Origin: Candidatus Izemoplasmatales bacterium | GTDB taxonomy: Bacteria; Bacillota_I; Bacilli_A; Izemoplasmatales; Hujiaoplasmataceae | Reading direction: 5' to 3' | Assembly (NCBI GenBank): GCA_050949045.1 | Contig: JBMNEZ010000001.1 | Coordinates: 640,001 to 704,000 of the forward strand | DNA length: 64,000 bases | Part shown: piece by piece, positions 9,766 through 20,100 of the stretch | How positions within the stretch are numbered: the first letter of the stretch is position 1 | How the letters are laid out: every line of letters starts with the position of its first letter | Notes under the pieces: generated by a model | Databases searched by the model: none | Seen by the model: only the letters and a program-made list of their open reading frames with translations | Told to the model about the DNA's origin: nothing | Translations under genes and position numbers: made by a program

Positions 9766-12700
9766 GTCGAACTTTGGAAAACAACATTTGCATCCGCAAA
9801 CAAGCCGTCAGACAGTTCAAAAGCAGTGTTGAAACTCGAAAGATCATCAAAGCCCATAACCAAGAGCGCATTGATCATCGCCTTGATCTCTGCTTTGACG
9901 ATGAATGTCTGTTTTGAACCAACTGGACCGGTTTCGACTTTGAGATTGGTTAACCCGTCTTGCTTTTTGTCAGGGACAAAGAGGATGTTGTCGTTAACAT
10001 CGAAGATCCGCTCTGAAACCGTCGCGTGCATCGAGGCTGACGCCAACAAGGTATCTTTGGCACTCTCCGAGGCTAAGTTGGCCAACGAGAACGCTCCGGA
10101 GAAACCATCGATCGAAACGACACCCATCACCTCAAGCGCTTCAATCAGGGCTTTGATCTCAGTCTTGGACAAATACTCGGTTTTACGACCAGCAGGGCCG
10201 GTCTCGTATCTAATGACGATGCCGTTGCTATTGGCAGACGGAACCACCAGAACACCAGCGCCGAAATCGGTGATTTTCTTCGAAATCGTCGCATGGATGA
10301 TCGCCGATGAAAGCAAGAGGTTCTGCTCGGCAGTGTCATTGATGTCCTCAAGCGTGAAGACTGTCTGGAATTGGGTTGGATTGGCAAAACCTAATTGGTT
10401 GACCGCATCAAAGAAAGCAACCAACTCGGTCTTGGCAATATACTCGGTTTCTGCTTTGGTAATCCGGATCGTGGAAGGAGCGCTGTCGCCAGAGGCATAG
10501 GGAACCACTAGGATATCGTCGTCGATCGACAATACCTGTTCGGAAATCGTCGCGTGCAAAATCGCCGATTCAAGGAAAACGCTGATATTATCGATCAAGA
10601 GAGACGTATCCTCAAGATCGATGTCGTCGAAAGAAGCAAGATCAAGAACATAGAGTGAGTTGAACAGGGCGATGATTTCCTTACTTACCAAATAATCAGT
10701 ACCGCTGACAGTCGTCACTAGGGGCTTGCCGAGGACATCGAGAGAGGGGACAGAAAGCAGCGCCGAATCGCCGGCTCCCATATCAAAAATCATGGAGCTG
10801 ACGCTGGCATGAATTATCTTTGAAGCGATAAAGGTCTCAACGATGTCCTCGTCAAGGACATCGGGATCAGTTTTACTTGCAAACTTGGTTAAAATAGAAG
10901 CGTCGAAAGCAAGCGTTTCAAAATCGTTAAGTTCGAGGATAGAGAGGCTTTGAAGCAGAGCTACAATTTCTGTGTCCTTGACAATATTGACAGCTAAGCC
11001 GTCCACAAGGACGGATGTGACGACCTCGGCAGGGATGCTTAACATCTCGACCTCGAGGTCCATGATCAGCTTACCGACAGTCGCGGCGATAATCTCCGAG
11101 TCCAGAAAGATATCAATCTCCGAAGAATCCATTGACAGTGCACTAGCGACATCAAACTCGCTTCCTTCCTCGGGCAAGATTAGGGCAACCGCTTTGGCGA
11201 CCGCCTTCAATTCGGTGGCTGTGAGATAGTCTTGATCGTCAAAGACGGAATCAGGGATGACTATCGGCGTCTCCCCGAAATCCATCTCGGTGATCATTTT
11301 CGAAATCGTGGCGACCAGGACATACGAACCGAAGAGATCATCGATCTGTTCATCGGTCATGCCGGCAATCGTGTTGACGGTGATATTTTCAAACCCTTCC
11401 TCACCAATGACCTCAATCAGGGTTTGCATCGCTATGAGAATATTTCTCAGTTCGCCTTGATTATTTTCGCCGAGCCAGACGATTCCTTCGGGGATTTCTA
11501 GAAAATCCAGCCCCTCGACTCCGGCTTCGCCTGAAAGAATGCGGATCAGGGTGTTGCTTATCAGTTTTGAATCAATCAGAAGATCGACATTGATTGAAGC
11601 CGCAGCATTGAGAAAAATCATTGGATCATCGCCGAGGAGTTCTTGAAAGCCGATCTCCTGATCGAAGATGGCGCCGAGGATCCCGCCGATTGCGACCAGT
11701 TCTTCTTCCCAGTTGACTTCAGCCGGGATTTCAAGAATCACGCCAAGTTCCGAATCTTCGCTTTCGATCATCGGCACTAGGATCGCTTCGACCAAAAGGA
11801 CGACAACCTCTGATTCCGACATGTCTTCAAAGAGTTCTCTGACAACATCGCCGGTGATTTCGATTTGTTCAATCTCGCCTTCGCCTGCGATGAAACCAGC
11901 ATCATTCAAGATGTCAAACAAGGCTCCGGCGATCGCTCCAACTTTGGGGAGTTCCGCCGCGAAATCGATTTCATACAACTCTTCAACCGGTATCGGCAAC
12001 TCCTGATCAAAGTTTTGAGCCGCAAGTTCGATTCCAAGCGGCATTACCGAGATGATTAGATTGCTTTTGCCAAGAAGAGCGAAGACCTCCCTGATTTCAG
12101 AACCGGTTAAATCAGCGATGTTGTTCGTCTCCATATATTCCGATTCCATGAAAATGATGGCAGCCTCTGACAAGACCACAAGTTCGTAACGAAAGGCTAC
12201 TATCTCGCTGTTATAATCGAATGACAGAATCACATCAAACAAGTTCAAGTGAAGTGGTACTTTTTCTGTTTTCTTGACAACCGAAGGCGTCGTGATCTTA
12301 TCTGCGATTTTGACGAAGAGATTGTTGTTGTATGCCTCGACCATGGCTTTGATATCCGCAAGCACGGCGAGCATCTCTTCACTCATTCCTTCTTCTTCAT
12401 TCTCCTCTTGAAGCGGGATCACAGAATGATCCAATTCGATCAATCCGCTCCGATCGGGCATGGCCAAGTCCGCAGGATTTCCATTCTCGCCCAAGGGGGC
12501 AAGCAACACCACGCTTTCAGCGATTGACATAATCCCGCCGAGCATAACCATTGCCATGAAAACTGCCATGATGCCGTTGCCGATGCCAACGAGCGCACCG
12601 AAGCCATGGTTTTTGGATTCGCCTTTACCAGTTTTTCCAAGGATGATCGCTCTAAGAATAAGGCAGATAATTTTGTAGATGAGCAGAATCACCGTGAAGT

Positions 12701-13079
12701 AAAGTAACGTATAAATGATTTTCAGCACAAAAATCCCGATCCCAGTGGCAAGTTCCAACAGTTCGGGGGAGACACTGGCGATATCGATACTCTCGCCCAC
12801 AGCTAACTGCAAGATTGCCCCCAAACTCTCCTCAAACGAGGTGAATGAGGCTAACGAGGCATCGATGTTGCCAAGAACCTGGCCCAGCCAAGGCAACTGC
12901 ATCGACCAGAGGGCTTTACTGACGGGAGTGACGGTCACAAAAAAGACAATATAGAAAATTGCCATCGTGATCAATGTGAACAAGGTCTTCTTGAAGCCGC
13001 GCAAGAGACCCATCAGAATTGCCAGACCTAGCAAAACATAAAATATTATATCGATATAGGACAGAAAACTTAGATCCAT
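8841..13079 (-). CDS. Giant acidic membrane-anchored repeat protein B (~1412 aa), CvpA-like TM N-terminus plus ~10 clear ~90-aa repeats
   Basis: N-terminal TM helices with GLLRGFKK and ..GFGALVG (CvpA-like); repeating S-x-I/M-H-A-T-I-S...V-P...E-I-K-A-L motif. GGAGGG RBS before MDLSF (13079). Confidence 0.8.
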   Translation of the reverse strand: MDLSFLSYIDIIFYVLLGLAILMGLLRGFKKTLFTLITMAIFYIVFFVTVTPVSKALWSMQLPWLGQVLGNIDASLASFTSFEESLGAILQLAVGESIDIASVSPELLELATGIGIFVLKIIYTLLYFTVILLIYKIICLILRAIILGKTGKGESKNHGFGALVGIGNGIMAVFMAMVMLGGIMSIAESVVLLAPLGENGNPADLAMPDRSGLIELDHSVIPLQEENEEEGMSEEMLAVLADIKAMVEAYNNNLFVKIADKITTPSVVKKTEKVPLHLNLFDVILSFDYNSEIVAFRYELVVLSEAAIIFMESEYMETNNIADLTGSEIREVFALLGKSNLIISVMPLGIELAAQNFDQELPIPVEELYEIDFAAELPKVGAIAGALFDILNDAGFIAGEGEIEQIEITGDVVRELFEDMSESEVVVLLVEAILVPMIESEDSELGVILEIPAEVNWEEELVAIGGILGAIFDQEIGFQELLGDDPMIFLNAAASINVDLLIDSKLISNTLIRILSGEAGVEGLDFLEIPEGIVWLGENNQGELRNILIAMQTLIEVIGEEGFENITVNTIAGMTDEQIDDLFGSYVLVATISKMITEMDFGETPIVIPDSVFDDQDYLTATELKAVAKAVALILPEEGSEFDVASALSMDSSEIDIFLDSEIIAATVGKLIMDLEVEMLSIPAEVVTSVLVDGLAVNIVKDTEIVALLQSLSILELNDFETLAFDASILTKFASKTDPDVLDEDIVETFIASKIIHASVSSMIFDMGAGDSALLSVPSLDVLGKPLVTTVSGTDYLVSKEIIALFNSLYVLDLASFDDIDLEDTSLLIDNISVFLESAILHATISEQVLSIDDDILVVPYASGDSAPSTIRITKAETEYIAKTELVAFFDAVNQLGFANPTQFQTVFTLEDINDTAEQNLLLSSAIIHATISKKITDFGAGVLVVPSANSNGIVIRYETGPAGRKTEYLSKTEIKALIEALEVMGVVSIDGFSGAFSLANLASESAKDTLLASASMHATVSERIFDVNDNILFVPDKKQDGLTNLKVETGPVGSKQTFIVKAEIKAMINALLVMGFDDLSSFNTAFELSDGLFADANVVFQSSTIQAMFSDRIINDTGGTLQIPDKYYGTINLIKIALSDVTYIEYAELVALVSALGELGLNDFSGFSFNPAVIFELDSFDTILASEIIQATISDKLLTTPTLDETAPAGSGKLIVPSFFRQDITVETLASKQIEKAELNKLLTSLKLLGINNFSDGMSGTSITTIFMNETNRNTFLASGSIHATTDNLLKGNANIGGAIPALAKEDAYNIIGITTKAEIINFIIAVNTLGATDFTEANFTVASIAALDSNKQNAILNSMIVRNKITPDLETLCSINPLDQYPLTDADYMSGAARDFLKKQSILNIIDHYY

Positions 13080-13111
13080 TGTGGAACCCTCCATTAAATC
13101 AATATATTTTC

Positions 13112-13139
13112 ATTATACTATATTTAGATGATTTCGCAA
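13112..13139 (-). promoter_or_regulatory. Putative SigA promoter of giant gene B
   Basis: TTGCGA-16-TATAAT, located just downstream of the gene A terminator. Confidence 0.6.
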
Positions 13140-13164
13140 TTGGGGTAGGCATTTTTTGATTCCA

Positions 13165-14139
13165 TCAAAAAAAGACAGGATTCAAACTGAACCCTGTCTG
13201 TTGGTGATTAAGACTGACTAATAGTAGTGATCAATGATGTTAAGGATCGATTGTTTTTTCAAGAAATCATGGGTCGCGCCGCTCATGTAATCGTCATCGG
13301 TCAACGGATACGGATTGAACGGGTTAGAACAGAGAGTTTCGAGATCGGGAGTGATCTTGTTTCTGACGATCATCGAAGTCAAGATCGCATCCTGATCAGC
13401 GGGATCGAGAGCCGCAATTGAAGCGACCGTGAAGTTTGCTTCTGTGAAGTCGGTAGCGCCAATGGTATTGACAGCGACAATGAAGTTGATGATCTCCGCC
13501 TTAGTGGTGATACCAATAATATTATAGGCATCCTCTTTGGCAAGAGCCGGTATTGATCCACCGATATTCGTGTTCCCTTTAAGGAGATTATCGGTCGTCA
13601 CATGGATCGAGCCGCTGGCTAAGAATGTATTCCTGCTTGTTTCATTCATGAAAATCGTTGTGATTGAAGTGCCGCTCATTCCGTCGCTGAAATTATTGAT
13701 TCCTAGCAATTTCAATGATGTAAGCAGACTGTCTAGTTCTGTCTTTTCAATTTGCTTGCTGGCGAGCGTCTCGACAGTGATATCCTGGCGGAAGAACGAA
13801 GGCACGATCAGTTTGCCGCTGCCGGCGGGCGCTGTCTCGTCGAGAGTCGGTGGAGCGAGCAGATTACTAGAAATCGTCGCTTGAATGATCTCGGATGCGA
13901 GAATTGTGTCAAAACTATCGAGTTCGAAGATCACCGCGGGAGTGAATGAGAAACTCGAGAAATCATCAAGTTCAAGAGCATTAAGAGCAGTGATCAGAGC
14001 GACAAGTTCGTCATATTCGATATAGGTCACATCGGTGAGAGCGATCCTGATCAAATTGATGGTTCCGTAATATTTGTCCGGGATTTGGAGCGCCCCGCCC
14101 GTATCATTGATGATCCGGTCAGAGAACATCGCCTGGATC
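13165..14139. repeat. ~1-kb direct repeat, copy 2 (3' end and terminator of gene A)
   Basis: Aligns to 8789-9765; for example ATCGAGAGCCGCAATTGAAGCGACCGTGAAGTTTGCTTCTGTGAAGTCGGTAGCGCCAA is present in both. Confidence 0.9.
13166..13199 (-). terminator. Intrinsic terminator of giant repeat gene A
   Basis: AGACAGGGTTCA-gtt-TGAATCCTGTCT followed by T-run; paralogous copy of 8790-8822. Confidence 0.85.
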
Positions 14140-17100
14140 GAAGCCGACAACAGAACTGTCTCCGGATTGGCGAAGACTTCACCGAGTTCGAATTCAGCGG
14201 TGAAACTCGAGAGGTCTGTGTACCCCATAATGATGAGAGCGTCGATCAAGGCTTTGATTTCGTCCTTGGTGACAAAATCAAGGAGATTGTCCGGAAGTCC
14301 GGCTTTGACTTTGACTGCGGTCAAATCGTCTTGACGCTTATCTGGGACATAGAGGATGTTGTCATCGACCGCGAAAATCTTATCACTGATCGTAGCGTGC
14401 ATCGAAGCTGAAGCCAGGAGTTTGTTCTGTTTGGCTGGCGTATCCAGTTTCGCCAGCGAGAACGCGCCCGTCATCGAATCGATTGAGTTGAGTCCGAGAA
14501 TATCTAAGCTGTCGATAATAGCCTTGATTTCTGTCTTATAGATAAATACGACAGCACCGACATTCTTACGGATTGAATTATTGGAGACGTCGGTATCGGG
14601 GACAATCAAGGCGCTTGCGCCAAGATCCAACAGTTGATCAGAGATCGTCGCATGCATCGCAGCCGAAGCCAACAGGATATCTTGATTGTCAGAATAAGTG
14701 GCGGGATTTGCGGACTCAAAGAAATGGGAGAGCGTGACCGCGCCGGTGAAGCTGGTGATGTCGGTCACCTCAAGCACTTCCAAGGCTTCGATCAAAGCTT
14801 TTATTTCCGCCTTTTGGACGAATTCAATGTCTACGCTGTTAGTTACGCGGATATTCTCTTCAGCAAAGTCTTTGGCAGGAACGATGAGTTTATCGCTTCC
14901 AAGGTCTAAGATCTGGTCCGAGATGGTCGCATGCATCGAAGCCGACAGTAACAGCGTATCCTGATTGCTGTCGGAGTAGAAATTGGTGAGGTTGATCGCG
15001 CCGGCGAAAGTGGTGATATCGGTCACCTCAAGCACTTCCAAGGCTTCGATCAAAGCTTTTATTTCCGCCTTTTGGACGAATTCAATGTCTACGCTGTTAG
15101 TTACGCGGATATTCTCTTCAGCAACATCTTTGGCAGGAACGATAAGTTTATCGCTTCCAAGGTCTAAGATCTGGTCCGAGATGGTCGCATGCATCGAAGC
15201 CGACAGTAACAGCGTATCCTGATTGCTATCGGAGTAGAAATTGGTGAGGTTGATAGCGCCGGCAAAAGCGGTGATGTCTGTAATGCCGAGGATATCGAGA
15301 GAATTGATCAATGCCTTGATCTCATTCTTGACAACATAATCGGTACCATTAACCGCGGCGGTGATCACCGTATCCGCGACATCGCGCTCAGGAACGATCA
15401 GCTTGGTGCTACCGAGGCCAAGGATCTGCTCGGAAACAGTCGCATGCATGATCGCCGATGCGAGCAACGTGGTTTGATTGGTCTCATAATCTGCTGGTTC
15501 CTTTGAAGCAAAGAAATTGTCGAGGCTGATATCGCCGTTGAAATCGCTGATGTCATCAAGCGACAATCCTAGGATCTCGATCGCATCAAAGAAATGATGA
15601 ATCTCATCTTTATCAATAAACTCAACAACTCCCCTAAGAACCCTAATTGAAACCGTATCTAGATAATCGGACTTAGGAACAATGACCAGATCCTGGGTAT
15701 CGAGATCGATCAATTGATCAGAAATCGTCGCGTGCATCGTCGCTGACTTGAGTAATTCAACACGGTTATCTTGATCATAGAGAACTGACAGATCAAAGGA
15801 ACCATCGAACTCGTCGATGTTATCGATCGGCAAATCAAGAATTTCGAGCCCTTCAAAGAAATAGTGAATTTCCTGTTCCTTGAGGAACACATCATCGATC
15901 AAATCATCATGGTTGGTTCTCAGCACAGATATCGGCTGGCCATTGATGTCTTTATCGGGAACAACGATCACTGGATTATCGCCGGTTGACAGTTCAAGCA
16001 TCTGCGTAGATACTTTCAGATGCACAGCGGCCGAAGCCAGCAAGATGTTGCGGTTTTCAACGATATAAAGATCGGTTAGATCCATATCCATGTTAACATT
16101 GTTCAAATCTGTGATTCCTAGGAATTCAAGGACCTCGAATAAAGCATGAACTTCGGCGGCAACCAGATATTCAGTCTTCTCGGGGCCATCGCCTCTTGTG
16201 ATTCTGATCGAAGATCCGCTTTCATTGTAGAACGGCATATCGAGGGTCGCATCGTCAATATCAAGGACCTGTTTCGTGATCTCGGCATGGACAGAGGCCG
16301 AGGCCAACAGGATCTCTCTTGGCTCTGGCTCATAGTATTTGGATAGATCCAGATCGATCTGCACATTGTCAAGATCTTGAATTTCCAAAAGTTCCAACAC
16401 CTCAAACAAAGCATGGATCTCGATGTCTGAAACATATTCGGTGTCGGTTTCAAGATCGGCCGAACCTCTTGTGATTCTAACGGCATTCGCATCAATATCA
16501 TAATAAGGAACGGAAAGCGCATCAACTTCAACCAATTGTTTTGAAATTGCGGAATGGACAATCGCGGAAGCCATCAGCTTGTTTCGGTTTTCGGGATCAT
16601 AGAAATCAGTTAGATCAATATTGATGTCTACTTGATTTAATCCATCAACACCAAGCAGTTCAAGAGCGATGAATGTGCTTTCTAGTTCGTTTTTACCGAT
16701 ATAGACGGTTTTTTTCTCAAGCGAGCCAACAGTAATACGGATCGAGACACCATCATAGTCATAATATGGAATACTGACATCATCTGATTCAAGCGTCAAA
16801 AGTTGATCCGAGATCGTCGCATGCAAGATCGCCGAAGCGATCAAAACGTCAAAGTTGGTGTTGATGTCATTGAGCGTCAGAGTCTCGACATTGTTAAAGT
16901 CGGAGATATTGAGTTTGTTCAGTGCGGCTAGTGCGTTTCTAAGTTCCTGCTCGCTCACATATTCGACACCGTGAACATCTTTAAAGCGAACCACGTCTAG
17001 GTCAGCGTCATAATATGGAACACTCAGGACCGCTTCTTCGCCTTCGGTGAGATCAAAGAGCATCTTCGAGATCGAAGCGTGGATGATGATTGAATCGAAC

Positions 17101-20100
17101 AGAGTGTCAAGCTTGGCTTCATCAAGCGTCTCAGGGTCATCATCTTCGGCCAGATTATCAATCAAGGTGGCGTCAAAAACCGGGTTTTCAAAATCAATAT
17201 TCATGACCTCGAGCGCATCGAAAGTAGCTTTCAGTTCATTGGAAGCGATGTATATGGTTTGTTTTTCCTCAGTGCCTACGACAATGATAACAGGCTGATC
17301 GAGATGGTCGATCTGAGGAACGACAATCGCTTCCGATTCCATATTGATGACTTGATCAGAAACCGTCGCATGCAAAATCGCTGAAGCAATCAAAACATCA
17401 AAGTTGGTTTTGATGTCAGTAAGTGATAGGGTTTCAACATTGTTAAAATCGGAGATGTCGAGTTTGTTCAGTGCGGCCAATGCGTTTCTAAGTTCCTGCT
17501 CACTCACATATTCGACTCCGTCAACATCCTTAAAGCGAACCTCATCTTGGTCGGCGTCATAATACGGAACACTCAGGACCGCTTCTTCGCCTTCGGTGAG
17601 ATCAAATAGCATCTTCGAGATCGAGGCGTGGATGATGATTGAATCGAACAGAGTGTCAAGTTTGGTTTCATCAAGCGTCTCAGGGTCATCATCTTCGGCC
17701 AGATTATCAATCAAGGTGGCGTCAAAAACCGGGTTTTCGAAATCGATATTCATGACCTCGAGCGCATCGAAAGTCGCTCTTAGTTCATTGGAAGCGATGT
17801 ATGTGGTTTGTTTTTCCTCGGTCCCTACGACAATGATAACAGGTTGATCGAGATGATCAATCCTGGGAACGACAATCGCTTCCGATTCCATATTGATGAC
17901 TTGATCAGAAACCGTCGCATGCAGGGTTGCTGATAAAATCAAAGTGTCAAAGTTATCAAGAATGGTGTTGATATCAAGCGAATCAACAGCATTGAAATCA
18001 GTGATATCAAGTGAATAGTAGGCTTTGAACAAACTGATCAGTTCACTCTTGCTCAGATACTCATTGCCCAAATCATCTTCGATGCGGACCGCTATCCCGG
18101 ATTCATCGAAATAAGGGACGATGATGACCGCTTCGGCTCCGCCGTCGCCGGTCGTAAGATCGATGATCATCTTTGACATCGAGGCATGGATGATCGTCGA
18201 ATCAAGCAATGTGTTGAGTTTGTCATCGTCGAGCACATCTGGATTGTCATCAGAGGCTAAGTTATTGATGATCGTCGCGTCAAAAACGGGATTCTCAAGA
18301 TCTATGTTTAGAACTTGGATTGCTTCGAGAGCTTTTATGAGCTCGGCTTTGGCAACGAAGGTCGTCGCTTGTTCTCCCACGCCTGTTGTAATCTTCACAT
18401 CTTCCCCTGACAAACTCTCATCTGGGACAACGATCATATCCGTATCCATATTGATGATCTGATTGGAAATGGTCGCCTGCAAAATCGCCGATTGCAGAAT
18501 GATGTTTGAATTGTCGATGATGGTATCTAAATCGAGCGTATCGATATCAATACTTTCAAAATCGGCGATATCGAGAACGAGAATCGCTCTGACGATCGCT
18601 TTCATTTCATCAACCGAGATATACTCGAAATCATCCACATCATTTCTATAACGGATGGTGTTGCCCTCTTCATCAAAATAAGGTATCGAGAGGACTTGGG
18701 TTTCACCGCTGACAAGATCGATCAAAACGCTGGAGATCGTAGCGTGCAAGATGGTGGAATTGAAGATTTGGTCGGCCTTATTCTCATCTAGGACCGTATC
18801 GTCTTCTGCGGTTGCTAGGTTTTTAAGAATATTAGGACCGATTTCCATGCCTTCTAGGGTAGTGATCTCCAGAGTTGATACCGCCAACAAGAGTTTACGG
18901 ATCTCACTTGCCGTGACGATTGTCTTGTCCGCTTCACCAACGCTTATGGTTTCCATCGCAACAGAAGGGATGGTCAGGACGTCTTCGCCCATTTCAAAGA
19001 GCATCGACCCGGCTGTAGCGGCGATGATTTCCGAATCGAGGATCTTGTCGATCTTTTCCTCATCGCTTGCGATATCAAGGATTACGGATTCATCGAATTC
19101 AATTTCTTCGATGTTTTCGAACTCAAAAACCGAAGCGGCAATAAACACTTTTTTGATTTCACCAGCGGTGACAATCTTGTGGGAAGCTCCTTCGACCAAC
19201 ACGGTTTTGACAGCGGTCGTTGTTTCTGGAATAACCAGCACATCCGCTCCCATCTCATAGACCATGTTGCCGATCGTGACCTCTATAATCAGCGACCTGA
19301 AGACTTCGTCAATGGTCGCGGATCCCAAAGACAAGACCTTAGTGTAGTCGAAGCCGATGGGCGCACACTCCTCATCGCCTTCGTCACAAGGAAGTGCGGT
19401 CACAATCGTTTTGAGAGCACTGACTAAAGCGACCAGTTCAGTCTTCTTGAGATAGCCTTTATCATCATATACATCATCGGGTATCAATAAAGCCAATTCG
19501 CCAAAATCGAGTGTCTTGACCGTTTCGGTGATGCTGGCGACTAATATTTTAGATTCGAACAGCGCCTCGATGGCTTCATCGGAGAGTTCGGTGATGGCGG
19601 CGGCCGTCAGATTGTTAAAGTCGAGGCTGACTGCCAATTCGGCAATTTGGTTGATTGCCAAAAAGATATTCCTAAGCTCGCCATTTTGGATGATGTTGCC
19701 TTCATCATCAAGCTCATCAAGCCAGATAATGTCCTCTGGGATAACTAGAAACGACAACTCCTCGCCGTCTAGAAAGCCGCCTGCGCCTTCAAAGACATTG
19801 ATTAAAGCGTGGGTGATGATCTTTGAATCCAAAATCACAGTAAAGTCAAGTTGTGCAAGCGCCTGGATGATGGTCATCGGATCTCCCGATTGGATTTGGC
19901 CGTAGGTGATCTCAGTATCCAAAACGGCGCCGATGATCTCTCCGATCGCAATAAACTCATCTTTCCAGTTCATTCCTTCGGGAACCGTGATGATCGCCTT
20001 AATCGGGTTGTCTTCCGCGAGGCTTTGCAAAACCGGCTCAAGCGCTACATAAGCCGCAAGCGTGACAAGCTGCGATTCGCCGAGAGCATCGAAAATATCT

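Noticed and set aside
7847..10500. Long plus-strand ORFs 7847-8590 and 9733-10500
   Set aside because: They are antisense shadows of well-supported minus-strand genes, with no recognisable motifs or RBS.
8789..14139. Duplicated C-terminal regions as a diversity-generating retroelement TR/VR pair
   Set aside because: Differences run in both directions, are mostly synonymous and are not adenine-specific. Both copies are coding and ~1 kb long, and no reverse transcriptase is in the window.
14754..17923. Tandem repeats as a CRISPR or other non-coding array
   Set aside because: Units are 258 and 549 bp, multiples of three, in frame inside one ORF, with no repeat-spacer structure and no cas genes.
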